44,187 nt of DNA from NCBI GenBank assembly GCA_041946805.1, contig JBHGBC010000031.1, positions 1-44,187 of the forward strand, written 5' to 3'. Position numbers and translations under genes: made by a program. The stretch comes from a bacterium. GTDB taxonomy: Bacteria > Hinthialibacterota > Hinthialibacteria > Hinthialibacterales > Hinthialibacteraceae. The notes under the pieces are model-generated. The model searched no databases and was not told the origin of the DNA. It saw nothing but the letters and a program-made list of their open reading frames with translations. Positions 29,393-39,147 of this stretch are shown here, piece after piece. How positions within the stretch are numbered: position 1 is the first letter of the stretch; the number at the start of each line of letters is the position of its first letter.

Positions 29393-29602
29393 GGTTCATC
29401 CGAGAAGTGCGTACCTAATGAGGTCAAATCGATTTCATTCACTCCGGGATGAGGGCGGACACCAAGTTCCGCCCCTATCAAAAAATCCCTCACTCTAACC
29501 CTCTCCCAGAGGGAGAGGGAATTTTGGGGGTGGTTTTCATCGATCACTTCGAAGAGATGCGCACCGGCGATTCGAAAAAAATACGCACTGGCCCGATGAA
29601 CC
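29393..29602 (+). mobile_element. Complete MITE subfamily B (210 bp), 7/8 TSD
   Basis: TIRs at both ends; GAAGATAA (29385-29392) versus AAAGATAA (29603-29610). Confidence 0.9.
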
Positions 29603-29617
29603 AAAGATAACAACCTA

Positions 29618-30019
29618 TCAAACGATTTGAATGGGAGAAAAGATCCCCTGTTCGGACATGGTGAAACAGCGCACCACGGGCTCTGGTTCCGCCAGGGAAA
29701 TAATGAAATAAAACAGGCCGGGATAGTAATTTTGTTCCTGGTCGGTCACGGAGGGAGTGGAAGGGCCTTGGGGGTGGGAATGATAAATGCCGATCATGTT
29801 TTCGGATTTTTCCCGCATTTTCCGGGCGGCCTGAAACATCTCCCTGGGATTGGCGAAATACTGGGTAGGGGAAGCCAAGTCGTTGGTCAGGGGATAGACC
29901 GATGTGACCACCGATTTTTTCCCGCCCAACACGCCGCAGCATTCCACGGGGAAAGTGGACTGGGCATGGCTGATCATCCGTTCAAGAAAGGAGGGAGCGA
30001 TCACGACCGAGTCACACAT
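29618..30019 (-). CDS. JAB/MPN+ (JAMM, M67 family) metallopeptidase
   Basis: ECCGVL and YHSHP....PS.TD JAMM motif. Confidence 0.93.
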   Translation of the reverse strand: MCDSVVIAPSFLERMISHAQSTFPVECCGVLGGKKSVVTSVYPLTNDLASPTQYFANPREMFQAARKMREKSENMIGIYHSHPQGPSTPSVTDQEQNYYPGLFYFIISLAEPEPVVRCFTMSEQGIFSPIQIV

Positions 30020-30205
30020 CGTTAACCAGTTGCCTCACTCAGTTTAGGATATCCACACCATTGACATAAAGAATCGGCGTTTCCGGGACGCCGATTCCAA
30101 GCAGAGCACTTCGACATATTTATAGTGTACCTGATCCCCGGTCAGACTCCAGTTGTGGAGAGCCGGAGACGATCGAATCCTTCGAAACGGCGTTCCGAAA
30201 ATCCC

Positions 30206-30958
30206 TCACAACCATAATCCGCCGTCCATGTTGATCACCGCCCCATTGCAATACGATCCCAGGGGGGAATGAAGAAACAAGACCGCCCCGGCGATGTCCG
30301 CGGGAGTTCCCAGCCGGCCCAGGGGAATTTGTTTGAGCAGCGATTCCCGCCGGGCCTCCGTCGCCCAGCCGCCCGCGATGGCGCCGGGATTGATCACGTT
30401 GGCCCGGATGCCGTGGCGTCCCTCCTCCCGCGCCAGGGTTTTGGCCAGCAGCACGATTCCGGTTTTGGCGATACCGTAGGGGCAGGCGAGATGGCGCGCC
30501 CGCAGCGAATCGGCCTTGATCGATCCGATGAAAACCAGATGGCCGCCCCCCTGCTCCCGCATCCGGGGAAGCGCGAATTTGGCGCAGTAAAAAGCGCTGT
30601 GCAGGTTCCCCGCGATCAATCCATGCCACTCCTCGATCGTGGTATCCGCCAGAGGTTTCAAGGCGAACGGCCCCGCGTTGTGCGCCAGCAGGTCGATCCG
30701 GCCCCAATGTTGGACCGCCGTTTCAATCAAACGCTGGGCTTCTTCCGGCCGGCTGACATCCGCCTGAACCGTCAGGCACTCGCGCCCAAGAGCATGGATC
30801 TTTTCCGCCACCGTCTGGGCCGCCGTTTCACTGGTCCGGTAATTGATCACCACCCGCGCGCCCTGCCGGGCCAGGGTGAGAACGATTTCCTTGCCGATCC
30901 CCCGCGCGGAACCGGTTACGACGCAAACCTGATCCTGCAGACTTAGCTCGAGATTCAT
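30206..30958 (-). CDS. Short-chain dehydrogenase/reductase (FabG-like)
   Basis: VTGSARGIG, HNAG, YGIAK, NVINPG, IPLGRLG, DGG. Confidence 0.92.
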   Translation of the reverse strand: MNLELSLQDQVCVVTGSARGIGKEIVLTLARQGARVVINYRTSETAAQTVAEKIHALGRECLTVQADVSRPEEAQRLIETAVQHWGRIDLLAHNAGPFALKPLADTTIEEWHGLIAGNLHSAFYCAKFALPRMREQGGGHLVFIGSIKADSLRARHLACPYGIAKTGIVLLAKTLAREEGRHGIRANVINPGAIAGGWATEARRESLLKQIPLGRLGTPADIAGAVLFLHSPLGSYCNGAVINMDGGLWL

Positions 30959-31163
30959 AGTTCTCTTTCCGTGAATGCGATCCATCTCCGGATGAACTTT
31001 TTTCAGCGTATTCCCGTTCACCGTGACGGGGAAGAGTGGCAGGGAGGCCGTACTCCCGCGCTCCCGCGCCGTGTCTTGCATGGAAGGGGAACGCCCGTTA
31101 TCTTGCTCTTGCACCAGGAGTCAAGTACGTTAAGGTAGATCAAACCGCGTTCGAGGGAGGCAC

Positions 31164-32123
31164 ATGGTGAATCTCAATCTGTACGATATCGGCGCCCCGG
31201 TCATCGCCAAAACCTTCATGGCGCCTTTGGGAAACAGAACGATTATTCCAGGAATGAAAGGCCTGATCACGGCGCGCCAGGATTGGGACCGCCGCCATCA
31301 GGTGAAATTCGAAAATGGACGCGTGGTCTGGGCCACGTCCGACCAGATCAAACTCGACCCTTCCTATGTGCCGAAGGTCCAGCCGCAGGCCGAACCGGAG
31401 GTCAAACCCGAGCCGGAATCCAAAGCCGCCGCGCAGCCCGTAGTGAAGCCGGCCCGGCCGGAACCCGCTCCGGCCACGGCGCCTCAGCCTGCCCCGGCCG
31501 CGAAGGTCCAGCCCCAACCGGCGGTTGAGCCAAAACCGTCCGTGGAGACGAAACCAGCGGGTGTAGCAAAGCCATCAGCGAAAGCCCATCCCGAAACCGC
31601 GGCTCCATCCGTGACCGAAACCAAATCACTCCCCACCGAGCCTCAACCGGCCGCGAAGCCGGCCGAGAAAACCGAATCCGTTCCGGAAGCGAAGCCGCAA
31701 CCGGCCGCCCCGGCTCCGGCAAAATCCGTTGACCAGCCGATAGCCATCCCTCAGCCGGTTGAAGCCGCCCTAGCGGAGGTTCAGCCCACGGCTCCGGCGG
31801 CATCCACGCCGGCGGTAACGCCGCCCAATACCGTGATCGAGGCGAAAGCGGAAGCGAAAGCAACGGCGGCGGGGAAGGAATCCGGATCGGCGGGCCAATC
31901 CCCCCAGGCCGCGCCTTCCCCAGCGGTCCAGGCCGCGGACGCGGCCAAGCCAGACGCTCAATCCGGCGAGGCCAAGGCGGCTATTACGAAATCCAATTTT
32001 CCATTGGATGCGCAGGCCGCGAAAACCACCCAGAAACAAGCCAGCGTCCCCTCCGCCAAACGCAAATCGGCTTCCGCTCAGAAGAACGCCGCCAAGCGCC
32101 AGCGGCGGAAGCACAAGAGATAA
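31164..32123 (+). CDS. Hypothetical protein: small N-terminal beta domain, long Pro/Ala/Lys/Glu low-complexity region, basic C-terminal tail
   Basis: GGAGG RBS; composition evident in the translation; ends KRQRRKHKR. Confidence 0.8.
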   Translation: MVNLNLYDIGAPVIAKTFMAPLGNRTIIPGMKGLITARQDWDRRHQVKFENGRVVWATSDQIKLDPSYVPKVQPQAEPEVKPEPESKAAAQPVVKPARPEPAPATAPQPAPAAKVQPQPAVEPKPSVETKPAGVAKPSAKAHPETAAPSVTETKSLPTEPQPAAKPAEKTESVPEAKPQPAAPAPAKSVDQPIAIPQPVEAALAEVQPTAPAASTPAVTPPNTVIEAKAEAKATAAGKESGSAGQSPQAAPSPAVQAADAAKPDAQSGEAKAAITKSNFPLDAQAAKTTQKQASVPSAKRKSASAQKNAAKRQRRKHKR

Positions 32124-32419
32124 TTTGTTCACCGAATCCCTCCCGGGAGGATCGAAGGGAGGACGAAGGGAGAGAACGCCCTCCAACACCCTCTCCTTCT
32201 GGAAGAGGGTCAGGGGGAGGGAAATTCCCTCGTGGGGCAGGCATCTTGCCTGCGCGTTACCATGAACCTTACTTATCCCTGGCGCCCCTTTCAAGGGGCC
32301 GCCTATAGCAGCCCAGGGGGTCAATCCCGGGCATAGGGCATCCGGTATACGCCATTCCCGGATTTTCTATTTCTCGCCTGGGAAACAGGCGGCGGTTGAC
32401 AATCTTCCCCAGTGCCGCG

Positions 32420-33892
32420 TCATTCCGAACTCACCGCCTTCAACACCGCCGAATAGCACAAGGTCGGACCCTGGCATTCGCGAAAGTCAAAAAGCCATTC
32501 CATCTCGTGGACCGGATATTCGCTTCGCGGTTGAGGGAGGGGTATCTCCACGCGGTTGACCGGCTTTTCGATCCGGTGCTGAACTTGACACTCACGGCCT
32601 TGAAAATCTCGTGCGGTCACGGTGACCCGGCGGGGATATTTCAAAATGGAAGCCTCTACTTCAAATTGAAAAACCACGCGGCCGCGGTCCGGGGGAACGT
32701 TCAGATACAGTATGCCCCGTTCGCATAATTTGTCGCGGCTCACCAATCCGTAGGCGGCGTCTCCGCTCAGGCTGTCCGCGTTGATTTCCACCGGCGTCCA
32801 ATCCGCGTATTGCCGCAAATACCCGGCCACGGCGGCCTCGCTGCCACGCTCCTCCTGGTACCGTCTGAATTCCCGGATTATTTCCGTTTCCGCGGCCGGC
32901 CAGGTCACCGGGGCAATCCAGGCCCGCGCCGCCATTTCGTTCACGAGCCCCACGGCCATGATCCGGTTGAGCCAGGGCGAAGGATGGAAATCGCCGGGGG
33001 CCACCCATCCCCGCTTTTCATCCATTTTGTATTTGTCCGGCAGATACAGGATGGGACAGCGGAATTCCCCATCTTGCTTCATCAAGCCCATGAGCGCGGG
33101 ATCGATATCAATGGCCATCAGGATGGTGGGAACCGGGTATTTTTGTAGAAACGTTTCGATGAAATGGAGGTTCCGCCGCATCCGGGACCGGATGAACGGC
33201 ATCGGATAGTTATTCAGCTTTCCCAGTGAATGGAAAGGGGCCTCGTCCGGGGTTTGGGGGCTGAAAAAATCGGCCATCACTCCGGGAGGCGCGGCCCCGC
33301 TGGAATCCAGCACATCGTTGGCCATGGCTTCCCACACGAGCAGGTCCGGATCCAGGCGCGCGAGGTGATATTCCAGGAAAGCGGCTTCGCACTGGGTGTT
33401 CCAGCCCGGGACCGCCGCCGTGATCACTTGGCAGGGATGCGATCCCCCCTTTTCATCGAGCAATTGCCGCAGGACCGGCGCGAGTTTTTCATCCTCTTTC
33501 AAAAACCAGCCGAAAAACCAGGAATCCCCCAAGAGGAGAATTCGTTTGACGCCCGGAGGTTTGGATTCGATGGGTTCCCCGCGCAGTCCCAGCGGATTGA
33601 TGGCATAGGACGAACCGGCGGGAGCCCACAGGGTTCCTTCTTTCAGGAAAGGATTGAGCACATATCCGATCGCACCGATCCGGTGAGGATAAATCACCAG
33701 GTTGGAACCGCTGTCTTTCATCAGTTCTTCCTGAATCCGGTAGGTGTTCAACAGCTGCGTCCGGAGCAGACGGATATCATGGAGACGGAAGAAAAGATAC
33801 GCGCCCAGAAACACGGTGGCCGTGATGAACACCGAACAGACCGTCAGCAGCACGGTGGCGAAGGTTTTATAGATCCGCGCCTCCCGGGACAT
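32420..33892 (-). CDS. SGNH/GDSL hydrolase-family membrane-anchored protein
   Basis: N-terminal TM; RILLLGDSWFFG, AVPGWN, AND, DFHPS. Confidence 0.8.
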   Translation of the reverse strand: MSREARIYKTFATVLLTVCSVFITATVFLGAYLFFRLHDIRLLRTQLLNTYRIQEELMKDSGSNLVIYPHRIGAIGYVLNPFLKEGTLWAPAGSSYAINPLGLRGEPIESKPPGVKRILLLGDSWFFGWFLKEDEKLAPVLRQLLDEKGGSHPCQVITAAVPGWNTQCEAAFLEYHLARLDPDLLVWEAMANDVLDSSGAAPPGVMADFFSPQTPDEAPFHSLGKLNNYPMPFIRSRMRRNLHFIETFLQKYPVPTILMAIDIDPALMGLMKQDGEFRCPILYLPDKYKMDEKRGWVAPGDFHPSPWLNRIMAVGLVNEMAARAWIAPVTWPAAETEIIREFRRYQEERGSEAAVAGYLRQYADWTPVEINADSLSGDAAYGLVSRDKLCERGILYLNVPPDRGRVVFQFEVEASILKYPRRVTVTARDFQGRECQVQHRIEKPVNRVEIPLPQPRSEYPVHEMEWLFDFRECQGPTLCYSAVLKAVSSE

Positions 33893-34844
33893 GAACTGCC
33901 TTCCTCCTCATGGCCGAGTCGTGCAATTTTCCCGCGCGGAGATGAGGATCCCGCGATATCTTCCAATATGCCAGAATGCGGCGGGTGAAGGAGAGGGGTT
34001 TCTCGGCGTAAATCCGCCGCGCGAGCGAAACCGCTTCGGCCTGCAACTCGGCGCGGAGCGAAATGATCAAGTCCTGAAGAAACCGGGAATCCGGGGGAGT
34101 CAGCCACTCGGTTTGCCTCATCAGAAAACACCCCAATTCGGCCAGATCATGGTCATCGCCCAACAGGATCGAGAGCGTGTGCAGCGAGTTGGAGAGTTCG
34201 TCCAGCGCGCTGGGCCAGGCGTTCCGCAACAGGCGCATCTGATACCACAAGTATTTCACTTGTTTGCGGAATTCGTGGAGATGCTCCACCGTTGGTTCAT
34301 GACGCACCTTCCATAGTTCCCCGCGGCCTTGGCGGTACACATCCCGGACTCCCGTGGAAATGGCGGTATAGCCTTCCCCGGCGGCGGGCCATTCCGAAAT
34401 CCGGTCCTGGGCGGCGCGTATGCGGGAAGCCAGGGATTCGAGCAACGGGCTGTTTTCAATCAGTCTCCGGGTAATATCCTGGTGATGGCGGAGCAGTTCA
34501 TCCCGCAGGCGGGACCAGGTTTTTTCTTCCAGGGATAAAGAAAACCGGCGGGTGATTTTGTCGAACGCCTCCACCCACGCGGCGCTGTCCCGTACCGGGG
34601 CCAATTGCCGTCCCATGTTGCGGAAAAAAAGATTTTCGCGCCGGTACCGTTTCCGCCCCAAACTTTCGCGCGCCAAACGGAGAATGGCCCGGATTTTCTT
34701 GCCCGATTTGCGCGCCTCGTGCACCGCGGCCGGGCGGTCGGAGCAGAAACCGGTCAGATTCAACAGGATCAGGTCGATCTCCTCGCGGGCGGCGCGGCGG
34801 ATCCCGGTGGCGAAGGGTTCATCAATATTCAATTCATACGTCAT
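33867..34844 (-). CDS. CHAD domain (polyphosphate-binding) protein
   Basis: VHEARK..KKIRAILRL, VRD, LHEFRKQVKYLWY, LGDDHDL. Confidence 0.92.
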   Translation of the reverse strand: MTYELNIDEPFATGIRRAAREEIDLILLNLTGFCSDRPAAVHEARKSGKKIRAILRLARESLGRKRYRRENLFFRNMGRQLAPVRDSAAWVEAFDKITRRFSLSLEEKTWSRLRDELLRHHQDITRRLIENSPLLESLASRIRAAQDRISEWPAAGEGYTAISTGVRDVYRQGRGELWKVRHEPTVEHLHEFRKQVKYLWYQMRLLRNAWPSALDELSNSLHTLSILLGDDHDLAELGCFLMRQTEWLTPPDSRFLQDLIISLRAELQAEAVSLARRIYAEKPLSFTRRILAYWKISRDPHLRAGKLHDSAMRRKAVHVPGGADL

Positions 34845-35051
34845 GGCGGTTCCCGCCGGGGCGTCAGGATTCGCGCAGCGGTCTTGAGACTTAATCAGAC
34901 CTGGATGAGACCGGCTTTTTCATAAATCGATACCACGATCCCGCCGGATGTGCAATGCGAGCGTGGAGATTGTAGCGCAATTCCATGAATCGCCTCTCCC
35001 CTCGAGAAAAATCCGGAAACGGCAGGGGAAATAGAGCCACGCGAAATCCAC

Positions 35052-35570
35052 CTATTCATCCCCCGCGTCGCCGTGGCCGGCCGCCAGCGCGTCCAGGGCG
35101 GATCCGGACAGCCGGTACACGGTCCACTCATCCAGGGGCCGCGCTCCGAGTTTTTTATAGAATCCGATGGCCGGTTCGTTCCAATTCAGCACCGACCATT
35201 CCATCCGCCCGCAACGGCGTTCCTTCGCGATTCCCGCCAGGCGGCTCAGCAGGGCCTTTCCGATCCCCATTCCGCGCCAGGCCGGTTTCACGTAAATGTC
35301 TTCTAAATAAAGGCCCGGCCGCCCCACGAAGGTGGAAAAGGTGGTGAAAAACAAGGCAAAACCGGCCGGTTGATCCTGAAGAAACGCCAGCAGGCACTCA
35401 GCCGCGGGCCGTTCGCCGAAGAGGGCTTCGTGAATGTCCTTCTCCGACGAGGTCACTGCCTGGGACAGCCGCTCATATTCCGCCAATTCCCGGATGAAGG
35501 TGTGAATCAAGGGCGCGTCGCCCGGCTTGGCAAAACGGATCTCACAAGGTGAATGGTTTGGCTGGTGCAT
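35052..35570 (-). CDS. GNAT N-acetyltransferase (spermidine/diamine acetyltransferase-like)
   Basis: FIRELAEYE, GLYLEDIYV.P.WRG.GIG, W.VLNWNEPAIGFYKKLGA. Confidence 0.92.
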   Translation of the reverse strand: MHQPNHSPCEIRFAKPGDAPLIHTFIRELAEYERLSQAVTSSEKDIHEALFGERPAAECLLAFLQDQPAGFALFFTTFSTFVGRPGLYLEDIYVKPAWRGMGIGKALLSRLAGIAKERRCGRMEWSVLNWNEPAIGFYKKLGARPLDEWTVYRLSGSALDALAAGHGDAGDE

Positions 35571-35896
35571 GATATTCTCGCTGAGCGGATGGTTCTTACG
35601 GTCCCAGGAGACCGGCCACCGAATCAAACTATCCCGCGGGCTTTTCTATTTATCGTAAGTTCTCTCGGATCACAAGACTGGCCGGGCTTTTTATCCACCA
35701 CCGCGGGAACCTGAAGTGACCGCCATAAGCGGGATTTTGCATCATCTGCCAGCCGGAAGGAAAGGATTCGGCGGGATGGGTATGTGACGGATTCCTCCTT
35801 TTCCCAGAGCTTATCCGGGGGTGGGGTGAAGAGGGAAAGCAAGGCGGAGGCGGAAAGGAGGCGGAAAGAAGCCGGTTATGGATTCCCCGGCAATGC

Positions 35897-37072
35897 TTAC
35901 CTGGTCAGTGACAGGCTGAAGATCGAGTTCGAATGGGGCGCGTCCGCATGGAAGACGGCGCCCGAATCCTGCACGACGCACTTTTGGACCAGCACGTACC
36001 GGTCCTCGAGTTTGCCGGTCATTTTCACGTCCATGACGCGCACGCCCGCGAAACCACAGATCTCATATTGGGCATTGTTCCCGTTGCCGGTCAGGTTGCG
36101 AAAAAGGGGGATGCAGCGCGGCCGGCCTTTGATCTGTTCCAGTTCGCTTTTGATGGCGCTGCTGACGCCGGTATCGGCTTCCAACCATTTCGTCACAACG
36201 CCATCCCCATCCTCGTCGGTGAGGATCAGGAAATCCACCGCCGCCAATTCATCGCGCCGGACGCCCTCCAGAATCTGCCGTTTGAGATCCGCCGTGCTGT
36301 TGTTGCCGTATCCGATATCCACGGTGCCAAAGTTGCCCGGCGCGCCCGGCAGGCAACAGGTTCCGGCCTTGTTTGGGTAGAGTTTCATTTCCGGAACGCT
36401 GTCCGCGCCGCTTTGCACCGCGCCATTGCTATAAGCGAAATCATCGGGGCAATTGCCCTTGGGGCAGTCGTCCGGCCCCGGACTGTAATCGGGATCGCAA
36501 CACGCTCTCCAGATTTGGTAATACATGGCGAAGGGGAGGATCATGGCGTTCCGCCCCTCCGGGGCGTCGAAACCGATCACCCGGTCATCCAGGGTGGCGG
36601 CCGCCCGCGTGCGGATCGAGACTTCCTCGAGGCCGGTGAAAAAGCCTAAAAAGGTCCGCAAGGGGCCGTTGATTTCCGCCGACCGCCGCGTCTCCACCTG
36701 CACGGTGTTGTAGCGGCTCAATGCATCGGTTTGCAAGGAGTCACTCAGATCGAGTGGATTGTCCAGGTACCCGACCACAATCCCGCCGTCGATCTCGTTT
36801 TCATTGTTGCGGTCGACCTCGATGGATTCCTTGGCCGCGGTGTTATAGGAGGAAAAATCTTGGGAAAAGTCGCGCGCCAGGTCGAGGTTTCCCTCCGCCA
36901 GCTGAGCCGCGCCCGCCAAGGCGGCGGAGTCGGCCGCGGATTGCAGTTCGCTCTTGGTGAGCATGATCCAGCCGATATCCACACTCAAGGCCAGAAATGT
37001 GAAAAAAAGGGTCAGCGAGACGGCGAAAAATACCAATATGTTCCCTCTCTGGTTCTCCAGGCGCTTTGACAT
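35897..37072 (-). CDS. TadG-like Flp pilus assembly protein
   Basis: RG.ILVFFAV...LALSVDIG...KSELQSAADSAALAGA; AAGAGG RBS before ATG 37072. Confidence 0.85.
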   Translation of the reverse strand: MSKRLENQRGNILVFFAVSLTLFFTFLALSVDIGWIMLTKSELQSAADSAALAGAAQLAEGNLDLARDFSQDFSSYNTAAKESIEVDRNNENEIDGGIVVGYLDNPLDLSDSLQTDALSRYNTVQVETRRSAEINGPLRTFLGFFTGLEEVSIRTRAAATLDDRVIGFDAPEGRNAMILPFAMYYQIWRACCDPDYSPGPDDCPKGNCPDDFAYSNGAVQSGADSVPEMKLYPNKAGTCCLPGAPGNFGTVDIGYGNNSTADLKRQILEGVRRDELAAVDFLILTDEDGDGVVTKWLEADTGVSSAIKSELEQIKGRPRCIPLFRNLTGNGNNAQYEICGFAGVRVMDVKMTGKLEDRYVLVQKCVVQDSGAVFHADAPHSNSIFSLSLTR

Positions 37073-37379
37073 GATTGTAACCTCTTTTTGCATTATCTCA
37101 GGTAATTGTTGTCGCCACCAACTCTGTTAATAAAATAATTCAATGCATGAAATCATATTATTGATCTAATCCATTATAACATAATAAAATTAAATTGTAA
37201 ATATATTTTTTTCCAATCTAACCACGATTTTCCCCATTTTCATCGATCGGCCGGATCACAGGCCTTCCATTGAGGGGGATCGGGTAAAGCGGCAAAACCT
37301 AACTAGCCTGAACAACTTGAGATCTGCTAGTTTTAATATAATTATAAACTTTTCTGTTTAATTAAATATATATAAATTT

Positions 37380-37494
37380 GGTTTATCCGTTACGTGCGTA
37401 CTTGTTGCTGAACGCAATTCCGGATACCGATTAGAGGGATGGGAGAGAGCCACACATAATTCCCTCTCCCCCTGGAAGCGGGCCAGGGTGAGGG
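37380..37494 (-). mobile_element. MITE right arm plus hairpin (A-like, partial)
   Basis: GGTTTATCCGTTACGTGCGTAC TIR; hairpin begins 82 nt inside. Confidence 0.7.
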
Positions 37495-37498
37495 ACTT

Positions 37499-37680
37499 AG
37501 CCCCCTTTTCAAGGGGCCGCCGAATGACTGCCCTAGGTTTCCACCCTGGGCAAACCTGGGCCAAGGTCCTGGATCCCCGCTTTCGCGGGGATGACGTCCT
37601 TGTCAGGATTTTGGATAAAGACCAGAGCCGAGTCCCCTTCAGGAGACGGCTTTAATTCAGCCCAGGGCTTTAATCCTGGG
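37499..37680. repeat. Cluster of REP-like hairpins
   Basis: CCCCTTTTCAAGGGG, GCCCTAGGTTTCCACCCTGGGC, GATCCCCGCTTTCGCGGGGATGAC (37569-37595), GAGTCCCCTTCAGGAGACGGC..GCCCAGGGCTTTAATCCTGGG. Confidence 0.75.
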
Positions 37681-37851
37681 ATGAAACTTTGATTTCGGAA
37701 TGCCGTGGGAAGTGAGATCCCGCCAGAGGTCTTTCAAATTTACCTCCAGTTTCTCCCGGGTTTCTCCCTGGGTCCAATAATCCGGATACTCCTCCAGATA
37801 TCCGAGCCACAGGTCTTCATGTTGCCAATAGACATAACGCATCTTCCCCAT
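37657..37851 (-). CDS. hicB: HicB-family antitoxin, C-terminus overlapping a repeat, no hicA partner
   Basis: YVYWQ...WLGYLEEYPDYWTQGET..L..NL.DL; GGAGG RBS. Confidence 0.8.
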   Translation of the reverse strand: MGKMRYVYWQHEDLWLGYLEEYPDYWTQGETREKLEVNLKDLWRDLTSHGIPKSKFHPRIKALG

Positions 37852-38222
37852 GGGCGGACCACCTCCTCGGCCGCGGTTGGCGGTGAATAAAAAATATACC
37901 ACCCGTTCACGTCTGGCCAACGAATCCACCCCCGCGCGGTAAACCAGACACCGATGGTCAAGCGCAGCCTTATTAGCCGTGTGGATTGTTCTTGTCTCTC
38001 CCCCAACTGGCCCAGCCCGCCTCCAGTGTTTTTTTCGGGCTGTCGTGGATGGGGAGCACGCGGCTGCGTCCTTGATCAAAGCCGCAACGGAAGACAAACA
38101 AATTACCTTTCCCCGCCCCAAGGCGTGTTGTCATGGTCTTCCCCGTCCAGTAGAATGGATGGACGTTGCATTCAAATTCGTTCCGGCGGATAACCGGTCC
38201 GGGAAAAAAGAAGGGATTGCCA

Positions 38223-39113
38223 ATGGTCAAACAATTCACAATCGTGTTGTTGATGGGCTTGCTTTTGGGGGGGACGGCCGGATGGAGCGGAGAGCCGCCG
38301 TCCAAGCCTCACGTGGTGTTTGTCACGGGAGACGACGAGTACCGTTCGGAAATCACCATGCCGATGATCGCCAAGATCCTGGAGGAACGGAACGGCTTCC
38401 ATTGCTCCATCGCCTACGCCGTGGATCCGGAGACCAAACAAAGAAATCCCAAGTATCAGAAGAACATCGAGGGGCTGGAGGCGCTCAAGACGGCGGACCT
38501 GATGGTGATTTATACCCGCTTTCGCGCCCTGCCTGATGAACAGCTGAACCTGATTCTCGATTACGTGAATTCCGGCAAACCGGTGATCGGCCTGCGCACC
38601 AGCACGCATGCGTTTCTCTACCCGGAAGGTCCCAATCAAAAATGGAACGACCAGTTCGGCATCCAGGTGCTGGGGCAGAAGTGGATCACCCATCACGGGC
38701 ATCAATCCTCGACGGATGTGTCAATCATTCCCGAAATGGCTTCGCATCCCATCTTGCGCGGCATCACCGAGCCGTTTCATTGCGCCTCGTGGCTGTATCA
38801 TGTCGCGCCGATGGCGGGCGATTGCCAACCCCTGTTGATCGGGAAGAGCATCAATTCGGACAAGGTGGGCAAAGAGGATCAGTACCCCCTCACCCAACCG
38901 GTGGCCTGGACGAAGACCTTTACCGGCACTAGCGGAAAAGCCGCGCGGGTGTTCTATACGTCGCTGGGGCATCCGAAGGATTTCGAAAATGAAGCCATGC
39001 GCCGCTTGATCCTCAACGCGGTCTATTGGGCCCTGGGTCTGGAAGACCGGATTCCCGCAGGCGGCACGGACACCAGGCCGGTGGGCGAATTCAAGGCGCC
39101 GGACACGCATTGA
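38223..39113 (+). CDS. ThuA-like (class I glutamine amidotransferase-like) exported protein
   Basis: VVFVTGDDEYRSE, GLEAL..AD, IGLRTSTHAF, RVFYTSLGH..DF. Confidence 0.85.
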   Translation: MVKQFTIVLLMGLLLGGTAGWSGEPPSKPHVVFVTGDDEYRSEITMPMIAKILEERNGFHCSIAYAVDPETKQRNPKYQKNIEGLEALKTADLMVIYTRFRALPDEQLNLILDYVNSGKPVIGLRTSTHAFLYPEGPNQKWNDQFGIQVLGQKWITHHGHQSSTDVSIIPEMASHPILRGITEPFHCASWLYHVAPMAGDCQPLLIGKSINSDKVGKEDQYPLTQPVAWTKTFTGTSGKAARVFYTSLGHPKDFENEAMRRLILNAVYWALGLEDRIPAGGTDTRPVGEFKAPDTH

Positions 39114-39147
39114 GGCCGGACACCAATGAGGAAAGGAGAATCACACC

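Noticed and set aside
37240..37335. c-di-GMP riboswitch upstream of the TadG-like gene (GGCAAAACC-like text)
   Set aside because: The motif is on the wrong strand for the gene and the second GCAAA stem is missing
37852..38121. hicA or an N-terminal extension upstream of hicB
   Set aside because: No HicA G-S/K-H motif recognised in the listed ORFs; a good RBS sits directly before ATG 37851
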